DNA from: Trueperaceae bacterium
GTDB taxonomy: Bacteria > Deinococcota > Deinococci > Deinococcales > Trueperaceae
Reading direction: 5' to 3'
DNA length: 64,000 bases
NCBI GenBank assembly: GCA_965213925.1
Contig: OZ243927.1
Coordinates: 2,368,001 to 2,432,000 of the forward strand
Shown one piece after another: positions 1 to 10,727 of this stretch (position 1 is its first letter; each line of letters starts with the position of its first letter). The translations under genes were made by a program, and so were the position numbers. Below the pieces are notes generated by a model, which made no database searches, was not told where the DNA came from, and saw nothing but the letters and a program-made list of their open reading frames with translations.

Positions 1-1
1 C

Positions 2-172
2 ACCTACTTTAAGCTCGCCGAGACGGACGAGCGCTTAACCTTGACCTCCGAAGGTGTCAGCGCGTGGGTGCCCGACGAGAACAGCCGCCACGAGAGGATG
101 CTGCGTGTCATGCCCGAGGAGGAGCTAGAGCGCATCATAGAGGCGCTGCTTGTCGCGCCGCCGCGCAACTAA
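2..172 (+). CDS. 3' end of a gene running in from the left edge; function unknown
   Basis: Open frame TYFKLAETDERLTLTSEG...EALLVAPPRN ending at TAA 170-172; codon usage like neighbours. Confidence 0.55.
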   Translation, partial: TYFKLAETDERLTLTSEGVSAWVPDENSRHERMLRVMPEEELERIIEALLVAPPRN

Positions 173-346
173 ACCGGCGGTGTGTTGTAGGCGCGAGGCG
201 CGTAGAAGTAAAAATGTAGAAGCAGAGATTCGCAAGGGAGAATACAGTGTTCTTTTGTATTCTCCCTTTCCTGACGCCTTCTCCGCCTCGGGCAACCGAG
301 CGTGATAAAATAATCAAAGCGCAACGAGTCGCGAAAAGGAGCTGGG

Positions 347-646
347 ATGCAGCGCACCAAAGAAGAGCTGAGAGCGATGGAGCACGCCGAGCTGGTCTCG
401 AGGGTCTTAGAGCTTCAGGACCTGCTCCGCGAAGGATTGGTCGTGAGGGACGCGCTGCACCGCGTCATGAATGACCTCTTGAAAGCGAAGGCGGACGAGG
501 TCGAGGTCTACGCCGACGCCGACCCGCAAACCTTGAGCGCCGACGAGCGCAGGGTCAAGGAGGCGTGGGCGAAAGCCCGTCACGCGCTCTCGAACCCCTT
601 AGGCGTCGCCGAAGCGCTAAAGCGCGGTGAAGAGGTGGCGCGTTAG
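347..646 (+). CDS. hypothetical helical protein (99 aa)
   Basis: AAGGAG RBS upstream of ATG; amphipathic sequence; converges on the next gene. Confidence 0.65.
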   Translation: MQRTKEELRAMEHAELVSRVLELQDLLREGLVVRDALHRVMNDLLKAKADEVEVYADADPQTLSADERRVKEAWAKARHALSNPLGVAEALKRGEEVAR

Positions 647-1290
647 TTCTTAGGGCTGCCCATCCCCTCTTTGACCCCGAAGCGAATCAGCAGCGCGTTC
701 ACCGGGTATGCGGCGGCGAGCCCGAGCGTCAGCGAGACTATTAGCGACGACCAGAAGCGCACGTCGCCCATTGTCGCCTCACCCGCCAAGAAGAGGTCGG
801 CGGAGATGGCGACCGCTTCCATCACCACGATCGAGGCGCTCTCACTGTAAATAGCGTCTTTAAGCGCCTCGCCGAACGCCATGCCCCCTTGCAGCAGCGG
901 CCCGACCGTGAGACCCAAACCGAAGAGGTAAGCGAAGCTAAAGGTGACGGCGACGACCCAGGGCGTACTGAGCGCGAGCAACCCCACCGCGATGATGAGC
1001 CCCGTGACTTCGCCCGCGCCGCAGCCCGAGTAGCAGTGCGCCACCGAGCGGCACGCCCGCCGCCAGAGCGAGTCGTGGGGTATCTCTTTACGCCCGCTGT
1101 AGTAGTAAACCGCCAAACCGAACAACCCGGAGTACAGGACCGTAAGCGCCCACACCACTTTCATGAGGGGCGGGATATGGCTGTTGTCGACGCTGAGGTC
1201 GCGGATGAGCACGACCTGCGCGAGGAGCATCTGCGCCGCCCAGACGATGAAAAACCAGGGACTCGAGAGCGTTTGTATAATAGATTCCAT
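643..1290 (-). CDS. DUF4396-type integral membrane protein
   Basis: Multiple TM segments; HCYSGCGAGE, FAYLFGL, MEAVAI and AAYPVNALLI..GVKEGM motifs; start taken at MESIIQ. Confidence 0.75.
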   Translation of the reverse strand: MESIIQTLSSPWFFIVWAAQMLLAQVVLIRDLSVDNSHIPPLMKVVWALTVLYSGLFGLAVYYYSGRKEIPHDSLWRRACRSVAHCYSGCGAGEVTGLIIAVGLLALSTPWVVAVTFSFAYLFGLGLTVGPLLQGGMAFGEALKDAIYSESASIVVMEAVAISADLFLAGEATMGDVRFWSSLIVSLTLGLAAAYPVNALLIRFGVKEGMGSPKN

Positions 1291-1375
1291 CTTGACCCCC
1301 ACCCACCAGGGTAGCCTTAGAGGTAAGTGATGTTTGTAGTGTGGCGCAGTGTAGCGAAGGCAAAAAGCTCGCTAA

Positions 1376-1543
1376 GTACACCGTAAACTAAGTATTGATA
1401 TCTATTACTGATGTCACCCTGAGCCGAAGGCGTGAGGGTCTCGTCCCGCAATCTCAGCTAGTTGGGAATGGAAGACGAGATTCTTTCACTTCGCTACCGC
1501 TACGTTCAGAATGACATCACTCATTCTTTAGTTGACAGAGTAC
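1376..1543. mobile_element. MITE family A, copy 1
   Basis: Imperfect TIRs GTACACCGTAAACTAAG / CTTTAGTTGACAGAGTAC, TAA on both flanks, internal TGTCACCCTGAGC...TTCAGAATGACA; homologous to 35768-35998 and 41716-41932. Confidence 0.75.
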
Positions 1544-1597
1544 TAAGACGCTTGACCTCTATCCGCACATTGCTGCGGCCACCAACATGGAGATACG

Positions 1598-2068
1598 ATG
1601 CCTAAACCTGAATTCACCCATACGAATAAGCGCTGGATCGACCGCTACTTCTGGCACAGCCTAGTCAGCCTCATCGTGCTCGGCACGGTCGCCAACGTGC
1701 TCGTTTGGTTCACGCCGCGCCAAGAGACCCAGGTAGAGACCCAGGTCACGCTGCCCTCTTACGATGTGAACCAAGTCATGGCGGGGCGCGAACTCTACGC
1801 GGCGAACTGCGCGACGTGCCACGGAGCCGAAGGTCAGGGCTACGCCCAAGCGGGCGTTCCTGCGCCCGCGCTCAACGGCGATATGCACGCCTGGCATCAC
1901 CCGGACTCGCAGATTGCATCGTTCATCCGCTACGGTCAGGGTCAGATGCCCGCTGTCGGCGCGTCCTGGAGCGACGAGGAGATCGCGGCGGTGCTCGCCT
2001 ACATCAAGCAGTGGTGGGAGCCCGAGCAACTCGCCGCGCAGACGCAGACCTCGCAGCAGAACCCGTAA
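1598..2068 (+). CDS. membrane-anchored c-type cytochrome
   Basis: N-terminal TM helix, CATCH heme motif, distal QMPA methionine ligand. Confidence 0.9.
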   Translation: MPKPEFTHTNKRWIDRYFWHSLVSLIVLGTVANVLVWFTPRQETQVETQVTLPSYDVNQVMAGRELYAANCATCHGAEGQGYAQAGVPAPALNGDMHAWHHPDSQIASFIRYGQGQMPAVGASWSDEEIAAVLAYIKQWWEPEQLAAQTQTSQQNP

Positions 2069-2081
2069 TAGAAACTGCCCG

Positions 2082-2906
2082 TTACTCGAGCCCCGCGAAG
2101 AGGTCGTCCACAGGCGTCGCCGGGAAGCCGCCGCGCAAGCCGCCGAGCGTGAAGGTCTCCTGGGTGAACATCGCCTCCCACACCTCTCGCTCGCGCTCCT
2201 CCGACATCCCCGCAAATGACGAGGACGGCCCTACTTGAGAACGGTGCGCCCTGACCGCCGCCTCTTTCTGCTCGCGGTAGCGCGAAATGTCGAGCACCGC
2301 CGCGAACGAGTCCTCCGAGACACCGTACAGCTCGGGGTCCAGCTTCGAAAGTGGCGAGTCTTCGCGCATCGCTTGCATCTGTTTCATCTGCTCCGCCGCC
2401 ATCACGCTGTAAAAGAGGCGCTTGGGCGCAGGTTTCATCACCTTGCCCGCCGACCAGAAGGCGGCGGTCGCGGCGCGGTGTATCTTGATGTGGTCGACGT
2501 GTCCATAGATGCCGTGCGGGTCGAAGGTGAGGACGACCTCGGGCTGGGCCTCGCCGATGTGGGGCAAGAGGGCTCGCTCCAAGTCCGCCTCGTCCACGTT
2601 CATAAGCGCTTTGGGATCGTCGTAGCGGGTGCGCTCTTGTCTGCCCGAGTCGTGAAAGTCTAAGAAAACGGGCGCGTCCAAACCCATCGCCTTGCACGCT
2701 TCTCTGAGTTCTTGCTCGCGCAGCTCGGCGACGTCAGAGGCGGCGTCGATGTCGGGGTCGGTGATTTTGCCCGATTCACCTCTTGTCGCGCAGATGAGTT
2801 TGACCGTTTTGCCTTCGGCGGCGTAGCGCGTGAGCGCGCCGCCAGTGCCAAAAGCTTCGTCGTCGGGGTGGGCGAAGATAGCGAGGAGGGTCATGGCGCT
2901 CATCAT
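2082..2906 (-). CDS. PIG-L family deacetylase (MshB/BshB-like)
   Basis: AHPDDE, TRGESG, YGHVDH and AHRSQ motifs. Confidence 0.92.
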   Translation of the reverse strand: MMSAMTLLAIFAHPDDEAFGTGGALTRYAAEGKTVKLICATRGESGKITDPDIDAASDVAELREQELREACKAMGLDAPVFLDFHDSGRQERTRYDDPKALMNVDEADLERALLPHIGEAQPEVVLTFDPHGIYGHVDHIKIHRAATAAFWSAGKVMKPAPKRLFYSVMAAEQMKQMQAMREDSPLSKLDPELYGVSEDSFAAVLDISRYREQKEAAVRAHRSQVGPSSSFAGMSEEREREVWEAMFTQETFTLGGLRGGFPATPVDDLFAGLE

Positions 2907-3280
2907 ATGGTCAAATGACCGAGAGGCAACGTGCGCTGCAGGTCATTCGCGTGAGAAATTGGCTCGAGGCTGCAGGGCGCTTCTCGAAAAAGGGCAGTAT
3001 TCTTATTCGGCGGTTACAGCAACGTTGCGCTGGCGTAAATAAGGAGCGGCAACCTCTCGTTCTGCGAAACTCGTGCGCAGCGAATTCGGAAGTACTCGAG
3101 AATACCCCGTTACCGCTCGAATAGAGCGTCCAATATCAATCAAGTAGGTGCGTCGCAATAACCTAAATTAGAAAATGTCAACGAAGTTCGTACTGAGCGC
3201 AAAAACTTCCTCGAGGTAGTCAGATTATTGAAGCCGAAGTACTTAATTGATGACACGGCAGATGCAAACTAGATCGAGCC

Positions 3281-3910
3281 TCAGTTCGCACCTCGAGCCG
3301 CGTTCTGAACTGACACCTCGCTCCCCAAGCGGCGGTACGCCTCTTCGGATAACAGCAAGTCCGCGCCCGTCACCGCGCCGCTCACGACGCGCGTGAGTAG
3401 CGGTTGGCTCTGCTCAGAGCGTAAGAGGAGCAGCTCGCCGGGTTCGTGAAAGCGCGACATAATTTGAAAACCGCTCAGGCTGGTAGAGGGCGCAACCATA
3501 AGACGGTCGGGCGCGGCGCTCAGCAGCTCCAACCTAACCTGCGCCGTACCGCTGCCGATCATGTCGATGCGCTCGGCGGCGGCGCGCGAGAGGTCGATGA
3601 TGCGCCGCCCGACAAAAGGTCCCCGGTCGTTGATGCGCACCACGACGCTGCGGCCGTTCTCCAGGTGGGTGACGCGCACGAGCGTGTCGAAGGGTAAAGT
3701 CTGATGCGCGGCGGTGAGTTGCGAGGGGTCGAAGATTTCACCGTTCGCCGTAGGTCGCCCGACGAAGTTCGGACCATACCACGAGGCGACCCCGTCGTCG
3801 TACAAGGTGGCTGAACGTCCGGTTCCCGTTGTTGTGGGCTCGGCGGGGCGAGTTCGCGGGGCGCAAGCTGCGAGGCTGAGGAGGAGCAAAAAGAGCAAGG
3901 GACGAGTCAT
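3281..3910 (-). CDS. rlpA: septal ring lytic transglycosylase RlpA family lipoprotein
   Basis: Lipobox LAAC; ASWYG...TANGE..LTAAH.TLPF...VRINDRGPF...IIDLS; TATAGT 6 nt before ATG. Confidence 0.9.
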   Translation of the reverse strand: MTRPLLFLLLLSLAACAPRTRPAEPTTTGTGRSATLYDDGVASWYGPNFVGRPTANGEIFDPSQLTAAHQTLPFDTLVRVTHLENGRSVVVRINDRGPFVGRRIIDLSRAAAERIDMIGSGTAQVRLELLSAAPDRLMVAPSTSLSGFQIMSRFHEPGELLLLRSEQSQPLLTRVVSGAVTGADLLLSEEAYRRLGSEVSVQNAARGAN

Positions 3911-4120
3911 AGGTTTACTATACCCAACTGTTTTGATGGTCATCTAAGCAAGGCTTTCTCGGTCGGTTGGGAGTCGGACGAGTCTTGTCTAAGTATGAAG
4001 CGTATGACTCGAATGAACGTTGAAGCATTTGGAGGTTCGAGGCTAGCAAACATCAAAAGAACAGGAGGTCGCGGTGGGCGCGACCTCCTGTTCCGGTTCA
4101 GAAATTTGGAGCTACGACGC

Positions 4121-6175
4121 CTAGCCCTGCGACGCTTTCTGAGGTTGCGCCGAGAGCATCCGCACCCCACGCCTGAAGCTGATCTCCACGCGCCGCTGGA
4201 TGAGGAAGAGCGCCACGACGAGTGCCACGCCGACGATGTCCGTCCAGACCGGCGTCATGTAACATAAAAAGGTCGCGCCTGCCAAGAGAAGCCACTCGGG
4301 AATCGTCGTCCTGCGCTGCAAAAAGCCGATCGTTACCGCAGCAAAAGCGATCGTCCCTAGCGTCGCCGAAATCCACGACGTGATGACGTGCATGTCTACA
4401 GCGCCGCCGGGTTCAATCAGAATCGGTGTATAGGCAAATAGCAGCGGCATCACGTAGAGCAGCTTGGCGTACTTAAAGGCGGTCCACCCCGTTTTCCACG
4501 GGTCCCCTTGCGCAATCGCCGCACCCGCGTACGCCGCGATGCACACGGGCGGCGTGATGTTCGAGTCTTGCGAAAGCCAATAGACGATCATGTGCGCCGC
4601 TAAAACGGATACGCCGAGGTCGCCCAGCGCGGGTACGGCTAAGACCGCCGTCACTAAGTAGGACGCCGTAACGGGCATCCCCATGCCGAGAATCAGCGAG
4701 GCGAGCGCGACCAAGAGAATCGCGAGGAGCGTCGAACCGCCCGAAAGCGTCAAGAAGATGGTGGTGAATTTCTGCGATAAACCCGTAAGGTTAATAACCG
4801 CCAAGAGAATCCCGATAATCCCCACCGTCGCGCCGATGACGAGTGTGTTGCGCCCACCCTCGACGAGCGCTTCCCAAATTTGCCTGAGCCCCATCTTGCT
4901 GTCCTTGGTAAACCACGAGACGGGAATCGTCGCCGCTGTGCCCCAAAACGCGGCGTAACCGGGCGAGCGTCCCATAATAAGGAGCGTCACGAGCAGGATG
5001 AGCGGAAGCGCTAGAAACCAGCCGCTCTTCAAGGTCTCGCTGAGTTTCGGCAGGTCGGCAACGGGTACGCCTTTGAGCCCCAACCGTTTCGCTTCAAAAT
5101 GCACGTTCATCCAGATGGAAAGCACGTAGATAAAGGCGGGCACGATCGACGCGAGCATGATATGGGTATACGGGATGCCCGTGAGTTCCACCATCACGAA
5201 CGCGCCCGCGCCCATGACGGGCGGCAAGAACATCCCGCTGATGCTCGCCGAGGCTTCTACCGCCCCCGCCATCTCCGGCTTGAAGCCGGTCTTTTTCATC
5301 AGTGGAATCGTGAGTGTGCCCGTCGAGACGGTGTTGGCGATCGCCGAGCCCGAGATCGAGCCCATGAGCGCGGACGCCAAAACCGACACTTTGGCAGGTC
5401 CACCCGTCGCGCGGCCCGCGACGCCCAGCGCTAGGTCGATGAAGAACTGCCCGACGCCCGAGCGGTTCAAGAACGCGCCGAAAAAGATAAAAATGATAAC
5501 GAAGTTGACCAAGACCTGCGCCATCGTGCCCCACACGCCGCGCTCGTCCAGGAACACAGCCTCGCCGATGCGGTCCAGGTCATAACCTCGGTGCGCAACG
5601 ATAAGGGGCATGTACGGTCCGAAATAAGCGTAGACCATGAGGACGAGTCCGACGATGGGCATGACCCAACCGAGTGCGCGCCTGCCTATCTCGAGCGACA
5701 AGATAATCATCAAGAGAGACATGGTGTGATCGAGCGACGTGGCGGAACCTGCGCGGTACGTCAAGGCTTGATAATTGATGACCCAATAACTGACGACCGC
5801 GACGGACAAAACTGCAAACCCGATGTCTAAAATCGTAGGTCTAAACTTCAGAGAGCCGCGTTTTAAGGGATAAACCAAAAAGATAAGGGCGTAGGTGAGC
5901 CCGACATAGACGCCTAAATAGACCTCTAAACGCGTCGCGCCGAAGAGTGCGGCGTAGAGGTAATAAGACGACATTGCCGCCGCCAGAATATTGACGATGA
6001 GTTCCCAAGGACGCTCCAAGGGCGCGTTGCCGCTGACGGAGGCCTCGAGCGCCTGAACGTCCTCTCGCGCCGCCTCCGCATCTTCGGGCGCAACGTTGTC
6101 CGCAGGCGCGGTGACCTCACCGGCTTCAGTGTCTTCGATGTTCTGTTGACGGCGTTTATCAGGGTGTTCTGCCAT
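4121..6175 (-). CDS. TRAP transporter fused 4TM/12TM permease
   Basis: GGPAKVSV, GSISGSAIAN, PPVMGAGAF and ITPPVC motifs. Confidence 0.95.
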   Translation of the reverse strand: MAEHPDKRRQQNIEDTEAGEVTAPADNVAPEDAEAAREDVQALEASVSGNAPLERPWELIVNILAAAMSSYYLYAALFGATRLEVYLGVYVGLTYALIFLVYPLKRGSLKFRPTILDIGFAVLSVAVVSYWVINYQALTYRAGSATSLDHTMSLLMIILSLEIGRRALGWVMPIVGLVLMVYAYFGPYMPLIVAHRGYDLDRIGEAVFLDERGVWGTMAQVLVNFVIIFIFFGAFLNRSGVGQFFIDLALGVAGRATGGPAKVSVLASALMGSISGSAIANTVSTGTLTIPLMKKTGFKPEMAGAVEASASISGMFLPPVMGAGAFVMVELTGIPYTHIMLASIVPAFIYVLSIWMNVHFEAKRLGLKGVPVADLPKLSETLKSGWFLALPLILLVTLLIMGRSPGYAAFWGTAATIPVSWFTKDSKMGLRQIWEALVEGGRNTLVIGATVGIIGILLAVINLTGLSQKFTTIFLTLSGGSTLLAILLVALASLILGMGMPVTASYLVTAVLAVPALGDLGVSVLAAHMIVYWLSQDSNITPPVCIAAYAGAAIAQGDPWKTGWTAFKYAKLLYVMPLLFAYTPILIEPGGAVDMHVITSWISATLGTIAFAAVTIGFLQRRTTIPEWLLLAGATFLCYMTPVWTDIVGVALVVALFLIQRRVEISFRRGVRMLSAQPQKASQG

Positions 6176-6249
6176 ATCGTGCTCCTGGACGCTTAGATGA
6201 GAATAAGAAAGAGGAGGTGAGACCTCTCACCTCCTCTTGGTCTGGTACT

Positions 6250-7254
6250 TTACTGCGGCTGCGCCGCCTCGGGAATCTCGACGCCGACCTCTTCCCAGTA
6301 GCGCGCCGCGCCCGGATGCAAGGGAATCTGCACGCCGACAAGCGCGTTGTCCGGTCCCATCTCCGAGGCGACCGCCGTCACTTGGTTCATGTGGTCCAAG
6401 CCCGGTTGGTCGTAGATGATCTTGGTCATCTGGTAGACCAACTCTTCGTCCGCCTCAGCCGAGACAATCCAGAGCCCCGCGTCGCGAAACGTCGTCACGT
6501 CTTCGTCCACGCCGTTAAAGGTGCCCGCGGGAATCACGTACTCCGAGTAGAAGGGGTACTGCTCGAAGAAGCCCGCCTCTTCCGCCGCGTCGTAGGTGCT
6601 CAAAATCACGACGTTGTTGGTCGAAGAGGTGTCGGTCACGGTGGCGTTCGGCACCCCGAAGAGCGCGTGGTACGCTGAAACCTGGCGGTTTTTAAGCTGG
6701 TCCGAGGCGTTTTGACCCGCGACTAAAACGGGGTCGATTTCGCTGTAGATGCCGAGCGTGGTCAGCAGGCGTTCCAAGGAAAGCTGCGTGCCCGAGCCCG
6801 CACCGCCGACGGCGACGGGTTCGCCCGCCAACTGGTCAACGGAGGTGATGCCTGTCTCTTCCAAGGTCACGAGTTGTGACACGGCGCTATATAAAAAGCC
6901 GATCGCACGGATGCCGTCGTAAGGACCGCCCTCGGAGAAGACGCCTTCACCGTTATAACCTAAAAAAGCGTCGCCCGCGAAAGCGATACCCATATCCATG
7001 TCGCCCTCTTGGATGCGGCGAATATTCTCCGCCGAGCCCGCCGAGCCCTCCACGGTGAGGTTGAGCCCATCGAGATTTTGCGATAAGAAGTCGCCGACGC
7101 CCGAGGCGAAGGTGTTGAAGGTGCCGCCTGTAGACCCGCCACCGATCGAGAGAAATTGACGCTGAGCGAACGCGGTGCCGAACGCGAGCGCAGCGCATAG
7201 GACGAGGATGAAGCCGCCAATAAGGGAGCTTCGCCAAAGTTGATGACGCATCAT
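6250..7254 (-). CDS. TAXI family TRAP solute-binding protein
   Basis: Signal peptide; SIGGGSTGGTF, GSAENI and IPLHPGAARYW motifs; upstream of the permease. Confidence 0.93.
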   Translation of the reverse strand: MMRHQLWRSSLIGGFILVLCAALAFGTAFAQRQFLSIGGGSTGGTFNTFASGVGDFLSQNLDGLNLTVEGSAGSAENIRRIQEGDMDMGIAFAGDAFLGYNGEGVFSEGGPYDGIRAIGFLYSAVSQLVTLEETGITSVDQLAGEPVAVGGAGSGTQLSLERLLTTLGIYSEIDPVLVAGQNASDQLKNRQVSAYHALFGVPNATVTDTSSTNNVVILSTYDAAEEAGFFEQYPFYSEYVIPAGTFNGVDEDVTTFRDAGLWIVSAEADEELVYQMTKIIYDQPGLDHMNQVTAVASEMGPDNALVGVQIPLHPGAARYWEEVGVEIPEAAQPQ

Positions 7255-7345
7255 CTGGCCTCCAAAGGTTGAGTTTGCCCGAATGGACAATTTAAGCATA
7301 ACCTACAGTTGGCAATAAGTAAAATAACAATATCCTAGTAAAATG

Positions 7346-7360
7346 ATAAGTTATACTTAT
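7346..7360. promoter_or_regulatory. putative LysR-type binding site overlapping the -10 box of the LysR gene
   Basis: Palindrome ATAAG-N5-CTTAT (fits T-N11-A) containing TATACT 5 nt before the LysR ATG; between divergent TAXI and LysR genes. Confidence 0.6.
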
Positions 7361-7362
7361 GG

Positions 7363-8274
7363 ATGGACGAGAAACTTCTTCGCTCCTTTGTCGTTGCAGT
7401 CGAAGAGGGCAACCTCACCCGCGCCGCCGAGCGCTTGAGGGTGTCGCAGCCCGCGCTTTCGCAGCAGCTTAAAAAGCTCGAGCGCACCCTGGACATCGTT
7501 CTCTTGGAGCGCAGCAAGCGCGGCGTCACCTTGACTTCGGCGGGGGGCGCTTTTCTGCCCTACGCGCGGCGCGTCCTGAGAGAACTCCACGAAGCGCGGC
7601 TCGTTATGAGCGAAACCCAGAATTTAGAGCGCGGACACCTCGCCATCGGCACGGTGCAGAGCGTCAACATCAACCTGATGCCGCGCGCTTTAGCGAAGTT
7701 CGGGCGGCGCTATCCAGGCGTGTCGATTAACATTCGCGAGTTAGCGAGCGACCAGATCGAGCCGCAGCTCGCGAGAGGTGAGTTCGACGTCGGCATCGGC
7801 TTTTTGTGGGAGCATCAGCCCGACTTCGTGACCGAACCGCTCTTCCGAGAAGAACTCGTGCTCGTCGTGCCGGACACGCACCCCTTTTGGGGACGGCGGG
7901 AGGTCGAGGTGGCGGAGCTAAACGGCGCGGCCATGGTCAACATCGTGCCGGGCTCTAAAGGTATCTGGGAGGCGTGCTGCGAGGCGGCGGGCGTCCGCAC
8001 GCACACGGTTGCCGAGATGAGTTCTATTGCTAGCGTTATCGTAAGCGTGCGCTATATGGCGGCGGCCGCAGTCGTGCCCGCGATGGCGCTGACCTCTTCG
8101 GCTAACGCTCATGTGAGGGGGATTCCTCTACGCAACCCTAAGCCAGAACGCACCGTAGGCTGCTTGTGGCGGCGGCAGCAGTACAGGTCACAGCTTTCAA
8201 AAGTTCTCGCCACGATGCTGCGTGAGGCGGTAGCGGAGCTGGAGAGCCCGTGGACTCTACCGCTCGAGCCCTAA
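7363..8274 (+). CDS. LysR family transcriptional regulator (CynR-like)
   Basis: HTH motif LTRAAERLRVSQPALSQQLKKLE plus substrate-binding domain. Confidence 0.95.
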   Translation: MDEKLLRSFVVAVEEGNLTRAAERLRVSQPALSQQLKKLERTLDIVLLERSKRGVTLTSAGGAFLPYARRVLRELHEARLVMSETQNLERGHLAIGTVQSVNINLMPRALAKFGRRYPGVSINIRELASDQIEPQLARGEFDVGIGFLWEHQPDFVTEPLFREELVLVVPDTHPFWGRREVEVAELNGAAMVNIVPGSKGIWEACCEAAGVRTHTVAEMSSIASVIVSVRYMAAAAVVPAMALTSSANAHVRGIPLRNPKPERTVGCLWRRQQYRSQLSKVLATMLREAVAELESPWTLPLEP

Positions 8275-8330
8275 ATAAATCTTCGGGTGTCTCTGCTATA
8301 ATGTTCTCGCCCTACGAGAAAGGTGACTGC

Positions 8331-8747
8331 ATGGCTGAGCTGGAGATAATTTTTGAGCCAGAACCGAAGATCGTTGACGCCATTGACGGCGGGCTCACGG
8401 AGTACAACCTAACTAAATTAGGCGGCTGGGCGTGCCACCACCTCGCCGTCGTTGCCAAAAATGACCAGGTGATAATCGGTGGACTTTACGGGACGCTGCA
8501 GTGGGACTGGCTCGAGATTGACTTCGCTTGGGTGGACGAGTCGCGTCGCGGAGAGGGTTTCGGTACAAAACTCGTCAAAGCGGCGGAAGTTGCCGCGGTC
8601 TCGAAGGGTGTTCATAACGTCCACCTGAGAACGGGTAGCTGGCAAGCGGTGGGTTTCTACGAAAAGCTAGGGTACAACCTCTTTGGTCAGCTCGAGGACT
8701 ATCCAGACGGCTTCACCACCTACTTTATGAAAAAGAGGGGCTTGTGA
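8331..8747 (+). CDS. GNAT family N-acetyltransferase
   Basis: WVDESRRGEGFGTKL and QAVGFYEKLGY motifs; AAGGTG RBS. Confidence 0.9.
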   Translation: MAELEIIFEPEPKIVDAIDGGLTEYNLTKLGGWACHHLAVVAKNDQVIIGGLYGTLQWDWLEIDFAWVDESRRGEGFGTKLVKAAEVAAVSKGVHNVHLRTGSWQAVGFYEKLGYNLFGQLEDYPDGFTTYFMKKRGL

Positions 8748-8847
8748 GTTAGCCTCGGCTCCTTTTGAGATGGGCGCGTGCGTCCACTCGAAAACACGCA
8801 CCGTGAGACAATTGCATGGCGAGAGGTTGAGCGTGGTAGAAAACCCT

Positions 8848-9741
8848 ATGCCAAATTCATCTCCGGGTGAGACGGATATAGACTGGCAGCTCGAGTGGCG
8901 CGACGTTCACAGCCAAGGTCAGCGTGTGCGTACTCGTTACGCTGTCGCCGGAGACGCAGAGCGTCCACCTCTCGTCCTCTTACACGGCATCGGGCGCAGT
9001 TTGGAAGACTGGTCAGCGTCAGTACCACTCGCTGAGTACTACCGCCTCTACGCCCCTGACCTTATCGGCTTCGGCTATACGGACAAGCCGGACATTTCTT
9101 ATACGCTGGCGCAGCTAGCGACGTTCGTCAAAGACTTTTTGGAGAGCGTAGGGGAGGCGAGACCCGTTGCTTTGCTAGGCAACTCGCTAGGCGGCGCAGT
9201 CGCGCAGACCTTCGCCGTGCAGTATCCAGAACGCTTGTCGGCACTTGTACTCGTGGCGAGTGCAGGTTTCGGCAAAGAGGTCATCCTCGCGTTAAGGCTT
9301 ATTACGGTGCCCGGTCTAGGCGAACTGCTCATGAAACCCTCGAGGCGTAGCGCCGAAAACACCGTCCGAAGCTTCGTTCATGATCCTGATTTGGTGACGG
9401 AGGAGCGCACCACACACACTCTGAATTTGGCGCGGCAGCCCGGCGCGGCGAGGGCGTTTCTCGCTGCGGCGCGCAATTTGGGCACGTGGCGCGGCGTCAG
9501 GGCGGCGTGGCGCGAGGAACTGGGCCGCCGTCTCGCCGAACTCGAGCTGCCTACCCTCGTCATCTGGGGCGAATACGATGAGGTCTTACCCGCAGAGCAT
9601 TTGGAAAGCGCCACGCAACGCTACCCACATGCGCAAACGCACCTTTTTAGGGATACGGGGCACGCGCCGCAGCTCGAGCGGGCGGACGACTTCAACGCTT
9701 TAGTGCTGAACTTTTTAGAAACCCTGGAGGTACAACTGTGA
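8848..9741 (+). CDS. alpha/beta fold hydrolase
   Basis: LLHGIG, PDLIGFG, GNSLGG nucleophile elbow, GHAPQLE. Confidence 0.92.
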   Translation: MPNSSPGETDIDWQLEWRDVHSQGQRVRTRYAVAGDAERPPLVLLHGIGRSLEDWSASVPLAEYYRLYAPDLIGFGYTDKPDISYTLAQLATFVKDFLESVGEARPVALLGNSLGGAVAQTFAVQYPERLSALVLVASAGFGKEVILALRLITVPGLGELLMKPSRRSAENTVRSFVHDPDLVTEERTTHTLNLARQPGAARAFLAAARNLGTWRGVRAAWREELGRRLAELELPTLVIWGEYDEVLPAEHLESATQRYPHAQTHLFRDTGHAPQLERADDFNALVLNFLETLEVQL

Positions 9742-10670
9742 AGACCTCTCAAAAAGCGCTTATCGGCACCTGTCTCGCAGGGCTGGGCGTCGCGGCGGCG
9801 CTCAGCCTGCGGGCGAAGCCTTCCCCGCACCCTTTTGTGTTCGGCGATGGCGTCGCCCTTCTCACCGGCGCGGCGAGCGGCATCGGGCGGGCTTTGGCGG
9901 AGGGGTTAGCAGCGAGAGGTACGCACCTCGCCCTAGTAGACCGCAACGGAGAAGAGCTGGAAAAGGTGGCGGCGCGGGCGCGTCAGCACGGCGTGAAGGT
10001 GAGTACGCACATCGTAGACCTTTCTCAACACGAATCGGTTGACGCGCTTGTAGGGGACGTTTTGCGCGAACATGGACGCCTCACGCTGCTTGTCAACAAC
10101 GCGGGCGTGGCGCTCGGCGGGCGCTTCGAAGAGGTCAGCTTGGAGGAGTTCGAGTGGCTTATGGACATCAACTTTCGCGCGGTGGTGGCGCTCACCAAGG
10201 CGTGTCTGCCGCACCTTCTCCGCGTAGAGGGGGCACATCTGGTGAATTTATCCAGCGTCTTCGGCATCATCGCCCCAGAAGGGCAAGCGGCGTACTCGTC
10301 GAGCAAGTTCGCCGTGCGCGGCTTTAGTGAGGTTCTGCGCCACGAGTTGGCGGGGCGACTCGGCGTGAGTGTCATTCATCCAGGCGGCGTCAGGACGAAC
10401 ATCGCGCTCGGGGCGCGCGTGGCGGCTAAAGTTGACCCTGTGATCGCGCGCCGCGAGATGGAGCGCTTTAGCAAGAGTTTTAGAACCGCGCCCGAGGAGG
10501 CTGCCGAGGTGATTTTACGCGCCGTCCAGCGCCGCCAGAGCCGCGTGCTCATCGGTGTGGACGCGCTTATTATCGACGTGACACAGCGCCTTTTACCTAC
10601 CTCGTATTGGCGGATTTTAAGAGGTGCGTTCGAGCGCGGTATAGGAACGGGGCGGACGAAGTCGACGTGA
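9738..10670 (+). CDS. short-chain dehydrogenase/reductase
   Basis: TGAASGIG, NNAG and YSSSK motifs; overlaps the upstream stop. Confidence 0.93.
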   Translation: MKTSQKALIGTCLAGLGVAAALSLRAKPSPHPFVFGDGVALLTGAASGIGRALAEGLAARGTHLALVDRNGEELEKVAARARQHGVKVSTHIVDLSQHESVDALVGDVLREHGRLTLLVNNAGVALGGRFEEVSLEEFEWLMDINFRAVVALTKACLPHLLRVEGAHLVNLSSVFGIIAPEGQAAYSSSKFAVRGFSEVLRHELAGRLGVSVIHPGGVRTNIALGARVAAKVDPVIARREMERFSKSFRTAPEEAAEVILRAVQRRQSRVLIGVDALIIDVTQRLLPTSYWRILRGAFERGIGTGRTKST

Positions 10671-10727
10671 AGCGTTGAGAAAATGCCACAAAAGAAGGGA
10701 CGGTCTCCGGGCTGTCCCTCTTTTGTC

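Noticed and set aside
2915..3280. short ORFs in an AT-richer gap
   Set aside because: No RBS, motif or structure I can support
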